Program-made: the position numbers and the translations under genes | Part shown: piece after piece, positions 9,280 to 18,433 of the stretch | Numbering within the stretch: position 1 is the stretch's first letter | How the letters are laid out: each line of letters starts with the position of its first letter | The notes under the pieces: model-generated | Told to the model about the DNA's origin: nothing | The model's database searches: none | Seen by the model: the letters and a program-made list of their open reading frames with translations, nothing else | From: Bacteroidota bacterium | GTDB taxonomy: Bacteria; Bacteroidota; Bacteroidia; Cytophagales; Cyclobacteriaceae | Length of the DNA stretch: 64,000 nt | Assembly: GCA_022571715.1 (NCBI GenBank) | Contig: JACZXH010000001.1 | Coordinates: 4,116 to 68,115 of the forward strand | Reading direction: 5' to 3'

Positions 9280-9627
9280 TTATGTCTTCTTATTCTTGCT
9301 TGACTTTGCTTTCGGGTTATAGTCAATACACAGTTTTATCCAGTATTCCAGGTCCTTATCCATATCAATTCCTTCTGGCTCGACGAAGACAAATCCTTTC
9401 ATTGTCCTGCCTGTAAAGTCCATTTCTTTGCATCCCTTTTTTGTCAGGGCGTAATCATAGATGTCAGGGTCAATACGAGCCATCAGATTGTCTTGCACTA
9501 TGCCAACGCACATTTTGTTGTCCACCATAAAACTAAGTCCACCCATCATTTTCTTTTCGTCAGCTAATATTTGCTTTTCCCTTAAAATTGTCCTGATGCG
9601 GTCAGCTAAAAATTCATCATAAGCCAT
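9280..9627 (-). CDS. TfoX/Sxy N-terminal-domain protein
   Basis: A 115-aa ORF. FLADRIRTIL..KKMMGGLSFMVDNKMCVGIVQDNLMARIDP matches the TfoX_N pattern (MFGG..f..ngkm..gi..d.l..R.d). Confidence 0.6.
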   Translation of the reverse strand: MAYDEFLADRIRTILREKQILADEKKMMGGLSFMVDNKMCVGIVQDNLMARIDPDIYDYALTKKGCKEMDFTGRTMKGFVFVEPEGIDMDKDLEYWIKLCIDYNPKAKSSKNKKT

Positions 9628-9660
9628 AGTCGTTTTACTTTATTGTTTTGTAAATAAAGA

Positions 9661-10117
9661 TCAGGCTGGCAATTGTTTTTTCATTATGGGTAAAAACCTT
9701 CCTTTGGGATAGCTTTCTGTTTTATCAAAGGTTATGAATCCCTGGCTGGAATAAAATGATTCTGAGTTTGGATCTGCTTCAAACAATTATTTCTTTTTCC
9801 CTGGTCACAACTTTTTTTATTGTATCATTCAATAGCAGTTTACCGTATCCCATCCCGATGAATTCAGGTTTAATCCACAAGTGCATGATTTCATATGCAT
9901 TTTCTTTCTCTTTCATTGAGCAGAACCCAATTATGGAACCGGATTTATCAATCTTGTAAACATGTTGATCTAAAAAGTCTTTTTCCGTTAATGTTAGGTC
10001 ATCCAGCCATCTATCAATCCATTCTTTTGGGTAATTCCAATACATTTTAGATTCAATACTGATTTTATTCAGTATTGTAATGTCGTTAACTTCTGCTTTA
10101 TTTACTACTGCATTCAT
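9661..10117 (-). pseudogene. GNAT family N-acetyltransferase interrupted by a 1-nt frameshift
   Basis: The ORF 9779..10117 ends ..WIKPEFIGMGYGKLLLNDTIKKVVTREKEIIV*. The adjacent frame continues EADPNSESFYSSQGFITFDKTESYPKGRFLPIMKKQLPA* (stop at 9663-9661), which is the canonical GNAT C-terminus. Removing one T from the coding-strand run att-gtt-tga (plus-strand AAA 9781-9783) gives KEIIVEADPN.. and a protein of about 151 aa. Confidence 0.7.
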
Positions 10118-10315
10118 TTAGTTCATATCCCCATAAACGAAAATGCCAAACGGTCGTGGCGATTGTGTCAGTCTCACCAACCAGAGCTTTAAGGCGAAGG
10201 CAGGGCTACGGTATTGTCCGACCGGAATTAAAGTTAATAAAAAGGTCTGACTTGACAAGCAAGTACCGTCTAATCGGAAAATGTCTTGTGTTTATAGAAG
10301 GTTATTCAAATTTTG

Positions 10316-10771
10316 TTAATCCAATATTTTTACTTTGTAAAATTCTTCAATTTCATTGGCAAGGTCGTAACCGGTTAAAGCGCCATTAATAATTTTCTTA
10401 ATGCTGCCATGGTTTAATTCATATCCGCACTCGGTAATGTTCATATACATTACCTGGATTCCCAGTTCTTCCAGTTTTTGTTCAAGGCCATCCATTGATC
10501 GTAAAAGGTCTCCATGCGTTTCGGTACCACACATTTCGTTCACCTGGATTACTTTTAAGTTTTGCGCAACGATAATGCTGTCAAATGATTTCTTTGCTTC
10601 TATTGAAACTTTCAAAACCATTTCCTGAGCAAGTTCCGAAACGAACTCAATTTGTGAATTCATACTGTCGATTTTGCTTTTTAACAAGGCATTCTCTTCC
10701 TCTAATTGCCTGACTCGTGGATTGTGGCAACTGATAAGAATTACAGGAAGTAAGATAATCAGGTATTTCAT
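10316..10771 (-). CDS. Hypothetical lipoprotein (coiled-coil N-terminus)
   Basis: The internal ATG at 10771-10769 gives the lipoprotein signal MKYLIILLPVILISC. The 23 codons upstream in the ORF track look non-coding. No recognisable domain. Confidence 0.5.
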   Translation of the reverse strand: MKYLIILLPVILISCHNPRVRQLEEENALLKSKIDSMNSQIEFVSELAQEMVLKVSIEAKKSFDSIIVAQNLKVIQVNEMCGTETHGDLLRSMDGLEQKLEELGIQVMYMNITECGYELNHGSIKKIINGALTGYDLANEIEEFYKVKILD

Positions 10772-10944
10772 TTTTGTTTGGTTTATAAGATTGGTTAGAT
10801 TACACGCAGTGCGAACTGAAAGGAGCATATGGATTGTCAACCATTATCAAACTCAGATTATTCGTCGTCCTTCTTTTTAATTTTAAGGAGTGCACGATAG
10901 ATGCCTTTATCGAACTTTACGACATTATTTGCAGTAACATTGAA

Positions 10945-11325
10945 TTAGCCAATCCAAATATCATCTCTTATTCTGATCTCTTTCCAGGCTCGATTATTTT
11001 TAAATGATTGAAATATTAAGACAGAATCATCCCGCATCAAATAATTACCTTTGTTTATGGCGTCTTCCACATTCGCATAGTTTGGCGAATCAGATAATTT
11101 GCCCTGGGAGATATACACATATGAGGAATCAGGAAATAGAAATAACTTGGAATTTGCGGACTGATCTGAAAAGAAAGGAGAAATTTCATATTCATTAGGA
11201 ATTCTAATCCTGAAACGTTGCTTTTTGTCATCAATAATAGCCAAGTAAGTGTACGTTATATTCCTGATCTTGCAACTCCCGAAAGCAACAATTATTAGAA
11301 TGAAGCTGATTATTCTTTTTGCCAT
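10945..11325 (-). CDS. Hypothetical lipoprotein
   Basis: Signal plus lipobox MAKRIISFILIIVAFGSC. A 126-aa ORF 14 nt downstream of the LolA-like gene. Confidence 0.5.
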   Translation of the reverse strand: MAKRIISFILIIVAFGSCKIRNITYTYLAIIDDKKQRFRIRIPNEYEISPFFSDQSANSKLFLFPDSSYVYISQGKLSDSPNYANVEDAINKGNYLMRDDSVLIFQSFKNNRAWKEIRIRDDIWIG

Positions 11326-11339
11326 TTTAAAGTTAATAG

Positions 11340-12080
11340 TTAATTCGAATTGGCAGGTTTCAGGTTTTCTACCTTAAATAAATCATCGGAAAGACCCTGA
11401 TCAAATTTTACATTTGTCAACTGGATGATGGTCTTATGTTTTTTTTTAAGATCACTCATAATTACTTTGGCAGCATTCCAGTATTTTCCAGTCTTTCTAT
11501 ACGTATAAGTGGCTTCTTTGAACTTCTTCCCTCCCCGGTTATAATAATCCATCCGGATGGGATAATGATATTCTTTTTCCAGCAATACTACAATTTTAGA
11601 ATAATGAGATTTTTCATTTATTGGGGTTAACTGCAACTCAAATCCTTCATCAGAAGTGCTCAACAATTTCGGCACATATCGGCTTGAATACGTCGTAGTA
11701 GCCATATCTTCGTAGGAAAAATCAGTTCCCGTAAATGCCTGGCTCTTTGCCAGTATTGATATTTTTTTTGGTTTTCCCAATGCCGGCATATACAACCACA
11801 TAATATCCCCCGGTAATGAAAGCGTTGCAATACCTGCCTGTGATTCAGGTAGAGTATAACGGAACAACTTCTTGTCGGTTCCTTTTTGAAGCATCGTTGC
11901 TTCCCTTACCTTTTCTTTCCCCGATTTATTTACAAGCGTAATTTTGATTGTTCCTTCCCTGTCCTCCGGCCCAAACATGATCTGGTCCATATCCGATAGC
12001 AAGGTATTTGCATCCTGAGCGCTAACTTTTACTAGTACTATGGAGAAGAGCAACAAGAACAAATAAGCTGTTTTATACAT
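11340..12080 (-). CDS. Outer-membrane lipoprotein-sorting (LolA-like) protein
   Basis: Signal peptide MYKTAYLFLLLFSIVLVKVSAQ. About 245 aa of beta-rich protein, of the type normally found next to MMPL/RND exporters. It lies 19 nt downstream of the MMPL gene. Confidence 0.6.
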   Translation of the reverse strand: MYKTAYLFLLLFSIVLVKVSAQDANTLLSDMDQIMFGPEDREGTIKITLVNKSGKEKVREATMLQKGTDKKLFRYTLPESQAGIATLSLPGDIMWLYMPALGKPKKISILAKSQAFTGTDFSYEDMATTTYSSRYVPKLLSTSDEGFELQLTPINEKSHYSKIVVLLEKEYHYPIRMDYYNRGGKKFKEATYTYRKTGKYWNAAKVIMSDLKKKHKTIIQLTNVKFDQGLSDDLFKVENLKPANSN

Positions 12081-12099
12081 AATTAAAAAGGATTATGGG

Positions 12100-14349
12100 C
12101 TAAGATACGGTAGCTTTTCGTTGGTCGAGGATTAATATTGCCGGCAAAAGCGTAAGCGCACCGAGACTGGATCCTACCATACTTATCGCAACAAGTAGGC
12201 CAAAGTATTGCAGAGGAACCATTTCAGAAAACAACAATACCAGGAAACCTCCTGATACGGAAGCAACATTAATGATAATTGCCCTGCCGCTAATTACAAT
12301 AGCGTCCTCTATAGCTTTTTGCATTTCCAGTCCATTTTTGATCCCGTAATCATAATGGGATATGATATGGATTGAATAATCAATCCCAATACCCAGTGCA
12401 ACACTGGCTACTAGAACCGTTCCTATATTAAGGGGAATCCCAAAATATCCCATCAACCCAAAAAGGATAGTTATAGCCACGATAATAGGAATTGTAGCAA
12501 ATACACCCCGCCGAAATGATCGCAGGATCAGTCCAACAATTATTACAACAAAAACAACGGCAACTGATAAACTTCCTAATTGGCTACGTATCAGACTCTG
12601 GTCCATCGTTACATCAACAAATGGCATACCGGTAACCTCGATGGAATAATTATCACTTAAATTATTTTTTACAAATTCATCCATATAATGATGAAAATTA
12701 ATCTTTGACGCGTTGTCAATTGCCGAATATGTGGATATGATAATACCCTCATCAAGATCTTCATTTACAAACCTCTGCAGATATTCATTGTTGTCAATTA
12801 AAAACCACAATTGCTCAATCATATCTCTCTCATTTGGAATTTTCCTTCCTTCGCCCAATGCATCGTATAGCTCCAGTATCAAATTTGCCACAGATTGCGT
12901 ATTTTGAATACCCGGATCCTTCTTCATGTATTCCTGCATTTTTACCATGGTTTGTAAGACTTCAGGGCTTTGCATATCTCCCCTAAAAAGCACAAAAACA
13001 GGTTTAGTGCCACCAAATTTTTTCGCCATGATCTCTTCTGCAATTCGGGTAGGGTTACTCTTTTTAAAATAGTCTTTTACATCTACCGACCGTTCAATTA
13101 GAAATATACCTCCAATGCTAACCAGAATCAGAACAGTCCAAACAACTAAAATTTGTTTTGTATAGTTGGTTAGTATTCTGTGAAGTGGGGTGAGAACCCG
13201 TGAAGACAATAGGGATGGGCGCAAAGTTACGCTTTGATTGCGTTCCCGATTAAACGATCCGTCAACTATAGAAATGATGGCAGGAACGAAGGTGATAGAT
13301 AATAAGCATGAAAAAAGAGTGCCAAGTGCTGTGAACAACCCGAAATCCCTGATCATGGTGAGGTATGCCCCAATAGTGAATGACGCAAAACCAATGGCTG
13401 TAGTAACGGCCGCAAGGATTACAGGCACTGTAATATAAATCAGGGCCGTTGTAATCGCTTTATCCTTGTTTTGATCTTGCTCCTGTTTGACTCTGTTAAT
13501 AACATGTATGGAATATGCGCTACCAACGGCAAGTAATATAATGGGGATATTACTTGAAATCATTGACATTTCGTAACCCCCAAGAGCCATGAAACCTATA
13601 GTCCAGACAATAGCAATGCTCGCTGTAAGTATGGGTAGAATCACGCCATTCAAGCTATGAAACCCAAAGAAAAGGACAATCGCAATAACCAGAAAAGTGA
13701 CCGGAATGAGTAGAAAAAGATCTTTCCTTATTAAATCTGAAATGGAGGTTACCAACATAGGATTTCCTGCAAAATATATTTTTTCCGGAAAGTTAAATGC
13801 CAAAGTTTTCTCCCTTACATCCCTGGCAACTACCTGAATATCTGCATCGTCATAGAGCGTAAATATTATTATTGTGGCCATCCCGTCCTCTGATACAATC
13901 GTGCCTTTAAAAAGCTCTTTGGAGTAAACTCTTTTCTTCAATTTATCCAGCGCTTTTTTACCTGAAGGTAACTCGTAAGGGTCCACCAGTGCTCCTACTT
14001 CCAGACCAAATTCACCACCGTTGATATCCATAATGTTGGTTATGCTTGTTACGGAAGAAATATATTCCATTTCTTTAATGGAATCAGTTATTTGCCTGAC
14101 ATGTGAAAGTACTTCTGTGGTGAACACATCATCGGTCTCAAGAATAACCATTCCAATACGGTTTCCACCAAACTTCTCTCCTATTTGCTTTAATAAAACT
14201 GCATCCGGATCTGAATCAGGCAAGGAATTTATTATATCGGAATTTACTTTTAGAAATCTTATTTGATAACCAAAAAATATGGTAATAAAAAGTACAATCA
14301 GAGAAATGAAATACCTGTATTGAATGACTTTTGAAACAATCTTTTCCAT
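12100..14349 (-). CDS. MMPL/RND-superfamily membrane transporter
   Basis: A 749-aa ORF with two repeats, each a large soluble loop followed by a cluster of about 5-6 hydrophobic helices (e.g. LLIPVTFLVIAIVLFFGF.., GVFATIPIIVAITILFGLMGYFGIPLNIGT). This is typical MMPL/SSD topology. Confidence 0.8.
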   Translation of the reverse strand: MEKIVSKVIQYRYFISLIVLFITIFFGYQIRFLKVNSDIINSLPDSDPDAVLLKQIGEKFGGNRIGMVILETDDVFTTEVLSHVRQITDSIKEMEYISSVTSITNIMDINGGEFGLEVGALVDPYELPSGKKALDKLKKRVYSKELFKGTIVSEDGMATIIIFTLYDDADIQVVARDVREKTLAFNFPEKIYFAGNPMLVTSISDLIRKDLFLLIPVTFLVIAIVLFFGFHSLNGVILPILTASIAIVWTIGFMALGGYEMSMISSNIPIILLAVGSAYSIHVINRVKQEQDQNKDKAITTALIYITVPVILAAVTTAIGFASFTIGAYLTMIRDFGLFTALGTLFSCLLSITFVPAIISIVDGSFNRERNQSVTLRPSLLSSRVLTPLHRILTNYTKQILVVWTVLILVSIGGIFLIERSVDVKDYFKKSNPTRIAEEIMAKKFGGTKPVFVLFRGDMQSPEVLQTMVKMQEYMKKDPGIQNTQSVANLILELYDALGEGRKIPNERDMIEQLWFLIDNNEYLQRFVNEDLDEGIIISTYSAIDNASKINFHHYMDEFVKNNLSDNYSIEVTGMPFVDVTMDQSLIRSQLGSLSVAVVFVVIIVGLILRSFRRGVFATIPIIVAITILFGLMGYFGIPLNIGTVLVASVALGIGIDYSIHIISHYDYGIKNGLEMQKAIEDAIVISGRAIIINVASVSGGFLVLLFSEMVPLQYFGLLVAISMVGSSLGALTLLPAILILDQRKATVS

Positions 14350-14606
14350 AAATGCTTACCAGGAAACGGTTAATCCCGAATTATGATTAGAACAAAAGTA
14401 ATGAAGAAACTGAAAGAATAATGTTGATTAACCCTTATCCAGAACCCGGATGGTGGATGGCATGTTTTTTCAGCTTTTTTTCTACGTTCTCTTCATATGA
14501 ACATACATCCTTGAATTCTCCCTTTGTGTACATGAGGGCCTGGTTGTCGAAATGAGGGATGCTATGTCACCACTTGCTCCAATGGTAAGAATGGCATATA
14601 TTTTTG

Positions 14607-14990
14607 TTATTCAGAAAAATAGGCTTTCATTGGGAGGAAATAATGATCATCCCAGCCCTTTTTGTAATGTTCTCCACTGGCAGGTAAATTACTATGAATT
14701 AATGTTAATTCAGTTTCTCCATCTACCTCATTAAGTAATATTTCTATTTGAGAATCTTCTTCTCCTTCTTCAAACTGAGAAGTTCTCCATGATTGTACTA
14801 TTCTGCTGAATGGCTCCAACGATATGTTTTTTCCCCAGATATAGCCATCCCAGGCCGTAAAACTACCTCCAATTTTAGCTGAAACAGTAGCCGCTCCTCC
14901 TGTCATTTTCGTATGACCATCATTATCTAACCAAGTTGTGTAAATTTCTTCAGCTGTGGCTTTAAATCTTGTCTTTATTGTAAATTCCAT
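14607..14990 (-). CDS. SRPBCC (AHSA1/START-like) domain protein
   Basis: A 127-aa ORF. The family-like pattern EEIYTTWLDNDGHTKMTGGAATVSAKIGGSFTAWDGYIWGKN...ETELTLIHSNLP...KKGWDDHYFLPMKAYF. Confidence 0.65.
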   Translation of the reverse strand: MEFTIKTRFKATAEEIYTTWLDNDGHTKMTGGAATVSAKIGGSFTAWDGYIWGKNISLEPFSRIVQSWRTSQFEEGEEDSQIEILLNEVDGETELTLIHSNLPASGEHYKKGWDDHYFLPMKAYFSE

Positions 14991-15376
14991 ATATTTCAGT
15001 CATTTGATTAATTCGTTGGAATAATATCCTGGTCTTCCGTCTTACGCCGCCCTGAAATCTTTTTCTCTTTTTCTGTCATTTCTTTAGTTTATGATTCATA
15101 TTCTAATTCAAAACAAAGCTCCGCCCTCTCAATCCCATGCACACAGCAATCAACAGGTACAACAAAAAATACTGTCTAGGCCAAATCCTTCTTCCAATCT
15201 ATTCAAATTATGACAAACAGGCAATATGGCATAAAAAATCAGAACTTTGTCATCGTTGATTATTACCTGTAATGGCGTAAGTCTCACCATCTTTACCGGT
15301 CTGATCTGAAATTGCATCAGAAAAATTAGGACGGTAATCAAGTCGCAGTGAGTCACTGCTACCAGAAAAAGTGTTT

Positions 15377-15410
15377 AAAAAAGCCGCCAGGCCATTACGA
15401 CCTGACGGCT
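15377..15410 (-). terminator. Rho-independent terminator downstream of ftsZ (end of dcw cluster)
   Basis: The minus-strand RNA AGCCGUCAGG-UCGUAAUGG-CCUGGCGGCU forms a 10-bp stem (one G-U pair) with a 9-nt loop, followed by UUUUU. It lies about 44 nt after the ftsZ stop. Confidence 0.65.
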
Positions 15411-15453
15411 AACTCAGGGGAATTAAAAAGCTGTCAGTAATGTACTTACCGGT

Positions 15454-17028
15454 CTAATCTACGTTGTCGTGCAGATACTTGTTATTTCCAGTAAGCTGAT
15501 TGTCGTCATTCAGGTTATACCGCGATATGTTGGGTTTCGAAGAATGAGGTGGATTATGCAGAACCACCTTTTTACGTAAATACGCCGGCACATCCAGGCG
15601 TTCTTTCAGGTCATCATCTGAAATTTCGAGCCCTTTTAGTCCTTTAAGCCGTTCTATCCTTTCCCTGGCTTTTTTCTCAAGCTCTTCTTTCCTCGGATTG
15701 ATCTTCACCATGCCTTCCTGGTCAAGTATATCTTCTCCAGTATTGGGCGCATCTTCAATAATCATCTCATCTTCCAGGTCAGCATTCAGCCCACTTTCAT
15801 CGTCTTTAGGCTCCTGCTTCACTGGGTCTTCAGTATCATTGGATCCCCAGTTCTCAAAAAAATATCCACGCTCAAACTCTTCCTGTGCACCTGCAGGGTC
15901 CTTCGCACTTTCTTCCCTTCCGTTTCCAGTAAGGTTTGTATCTACAGAGGTTGTCTTGTTGGCGCCAAACTTTCGGAATAGATCGATCTGCTTATTGGAT
16001 TCAAGATCGATCACCCGTTTTTCATCAGGTATCCGTATAGATTCAGATTCATCATCAGATTCAAATCCGGTTGCAATAACGGTAACCCGTATGCTGTTTT
16101 CAAGCGAAGTATCCACGCCGTGACCAAAGATCACGTCCGCATCTTCGCCGGCCATTTCCTGGATATATTCTGTAATTTCAGTAAGCTCATCCATTTGCAA
16201 TTCGGCCTGCTCCCCCGAAATAATGGATAACAGTATCTTCTTTGCTCCGTGGATGTCCCTGTTATTCAGTAAAGGAGAAGAAATGGCCTCTTCTGCCGCC
16301 CTTCTGGCCCTGTTCTCCCCTTCGGTGGTGGCAGAGCCCATTACCGCTGCTCCTGCTTCCAGCATGACCGTGCGGACGTCCTGGAAATCAACGTTTACAT
16401 AACCGGGTACTGTAATTATCTCAGCAATTCCTTTCGCAGCCGTGGTAAGTACATTATCGGCCTGAGCAAATGCCTCGCTTATAGGCAGGTTACCGTGAAC
16501 CTCACGAAGCTTATCATTGAGAATCACCAACACCGTATCGCAACATTTCTTGAGTTCGTTAATACCTTCGCAGGCGAGTTGCATTTTTTTCTTTCCTTCA
16601 AATCCAAACGGAACCGTGACGATGCCAACCGTAAGGATTTCCATGTCGTTAGCCACCTTTGCGATCACCGGAGCTGCACCGGTACCCGTGCCTCCACCCA
16701 TGCCTGCAGTTATAAACAGCATCTTGGTGTTGCTGACTAGCATGTCACGGATGTCATCTTTGCTTTCGATGGCAGCGTTTCTACCCGTTTCGGGATTAGC
16801 GCCTGCTCCAAGCCCGTCTGTGAGATTAATACCTATCTGCAACTTATTGGGTACAGGACTGCTTTGCAGCGCCTGTACATCCGTGTTGCATACCACAAAT
16901 TCCACATCTTTGATCCCCTGATTAAACATGTGGTTCACGGCATTGCTTCCTCCGCCACCTACACCAATCACCTTGATGATGGATTTGTGGTGTGCGGGAA
17001 CTTCGAAGTTGTACGTGTTTTCTGACAT
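15454..17028 (-). CDS. ftsZ: Cell division GTPase FtsZ
   Basis: Tubulin signature GGGTGTGAAPVIA, N-terminal IKVIGVGGGGSNAVNHM, a long acidic linker, the C-terminal peptide DVPAYLRKK, and its position at the end of the dcw cluster. Confidence 0.97.
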   Translation of the reverse strand: MSENTYNFEVPAHHKSIIKVIGVGGGGSNAVNHMFNQGIKDVEFVVCNTDVQALQSSPVPNKLQIGINLTDGLGAGANPETGRNAAIESKDDIRDMLVSNTKMLFITAGMGGGTGTGAAPVIAKVANDMEILTVGIVTVPFGFEGKKKMQLACEGINELKKCCDTVLVILNDKLREVHGNLPISEAFAQADNVLTTAAKGIAEIITVPGYVNVDFQDVRTVMLEAGAAVMGSATTEGENRARRAAEEAISSPLLNNRDIHGAKKILLSIISGEQAELQMDELTEITEYIQEMAGEDADVIFGHGVDTSLENSIRVTVIATGFESDDESESIRIPDEKRVIDLESNKQIDLFRKFGANKTTSVDTNLTGNGREESAKDPAGAQEEFERGYFFENWGSNDTEDPVKQEPKDDESGLNADLEDEMIIEDAPNTGEDILDQEGMVKINPRKEELEKKARERIERLKGLKGLEISDDDLKERLDVPAYLRKKVVLHNPPHSSKPNISRYNLNDDNQLTGNNKYLHDNVD

Positions 17029-17096
17029 AGCTGATTAATTTTTAAGAACCTTTCAGTTCAGTTAATATTCAAATCCATATTGCTGAATATGTTTAG

Positions 17097-18401
17097 TTAA
17101 TAATCCTTTTTACCATCCAAATCATCTATAAGCAATCCTTTTGTTTTCTCCAGGATCTTTTTAAAAAAATCTCCTCCGCCGGAAAACGCATAGGACTTGT
17201 CGAATTTCCCGGTTGACAGTGCTTCATTGTACCTGTTTTCCCTTTCGTCGATGGCCCTGAAACCAGACAATACCAATCCGATTGTAGTAGAAAACATTGG
17301 GCTTTTCGCGGCTTCCACTTTGCTTCGGCCAAGGTGCTCATTCGGATACCCCACACGGGTATCCATACCTGTCATGTATTCGAACAGCTGCTTCAGGTTC
17401 TGAAGCAAAGCGCCGCCACCTGTAATCACAATGCCGCCGGCCAGTTTCTGGTCATACCCTGATGTAATGATCTCTGCATGAACAATTTCGATGATCTCCT
17501 CCATCCGTGCTTCGATGATGCAAGCCAGGTTTTTGATTGATATCTCTTTAGGCGGCCGGTTTCTCAATCCGGGTATCGAAATTATTTCGTTTGGACTGGC
17601 TTCTTCCGCAATCGCCTTACCGAATTTGGTTTTAAGCAATTCAGCCTGGTGGTTCATCACCATGCATCCTTGCTTGATGTCCGAGGTGATGATGTTGCCT
17701 CCAAAAGGTATTACGGCGGTGTGACGGATGATATTATCGAAGAAAATGGCAATGTCGGTAGTGCCACCCCCTATATCCACCAAACAAACACCTGCTTCTT
17801 TTTCCTCTTCGCTCAACACAGAGAGGCTGGAACCCAGCGGCTCCAGGATCAGGTTCTCGATTTTCAATCCGGCCCTTCGCACACATTTGTTAATGTTATT
17901 GATGGCATTTGTTTGTGCCGTGATCACATGAAAGTCCGCTTCCAGTTTTACTCCCGACATACCAACCGGATCGCGAATACCCTCCTCGTAATCCACGATA
18001 TAATCCTGCGGCATCACATGTATGATTTCGCTTCCGGGCGGAATCACAATCCGGTACATGTCGTTGGTCAGCTTATTCACGTCTTCAATGGTGATCTCAT
18101 CGTCCGTTGAAGACCGGGTGATGCTGCCATGATGGATCGAGCTCCGGATATGCTGACCGGCAATGCCAACATTTACTACATTTATATCAATTCCCGATTG
18201 CTCTCCGGCATCCTCAATGGCTTTCCTGATCGCGCTCACGGTTTTATCGATGTTGGTAACAATGCCTCTGATCACACCATCAGAAACAGCTTTACCCATG
18301 CCAAGTACCTCCAGTTTTCCGTACTCATTTTTCCGACCTACGATTGCGCAGATCTTGGTGGTCCCGATGTCAAGTCCCACAATTATTTTATCATCTTCCA
18401 T
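17097..18401 (-). CDS. ftsA: Cell division protein FtsA
   Basis: Actin-like ATPase motifs VGLDIGTTKICAIV and LVDIGGGTTDIAIF. Located between ftsQ and ftsZ. Confidence 0.95.
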   Translation of the reverse strand: MEDDKIIVGLDIGTTKICAIVGRKNEYGKLEVLGMGKAVSDGVIRGIVTNIDKTVSAIRKAIEDAGEQSGIDINVVNVGIAGQHIRSSIHHGSITRSSTDDEITIEDVNKLTNDMYRIVIPPGSEIIHVMPQDYIVDYEEGIRDPVGMSGVKLEADFHVITAQTNAINNINKCVRRAGLKIENLILEPLGSSLSVLSEEEKEAGVCLVDIGGGTTDIAIFFDNIIRHTAVIPFGGNIITSDIKQGCMVMNHQAELLKTKFGKAIAEEASPNEIISIPGLRNRPPKEISIKNLACIIEARMEEIIEIVHAEIITSGYDQKLAGGIVITGGGALLQNLKQLFEYMTGMDTRVGYPNEHLGRSKVEAAKSPMFSTTIGLVLSGFRAIDERENRYNEALSTGKFDKSYAFSGGGDFFKKILEKTKGLLIDDLDGKKDY

Positions 18402-18433
18402 GTTTCGTTATGGTTATGGTTTTCCTTAAGTTA

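Noticed and set aside
14350-14606. Short ORF fragments on the minus strand (MPFLPLEQVVT*, then HSIPHFDNQALMYTKGEFKDVCSYEENVEKKLKKHAIHHPGSG*) between the SRPBCC and MMPL genes.
   Set aside because: They might be a small gene or a frameshifted relic, but I recognise no family, and the pieces are too short to judge without a BLASTX search.
15150-15356. A 68-aa minus-strand ORF downstream of the ftsZ terminator.
   Set aside because: It is hydrophobic and Cys-rich with an odd composition and no family resemblance. It lies in a 460-bp spacer. Another frame has an open 54-codon stretch without a start, and nothing there can be supported.
15698-16921. Long plus-strand ORFs (141, 81 and 134 aa) inside ftsZ.
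   Set aside because: They are entirely antisense to a strongly supported gene. Their low-complexity Ser/Pro/Leu-rich translations are typical of shadow ORFs opposite coding sequence.
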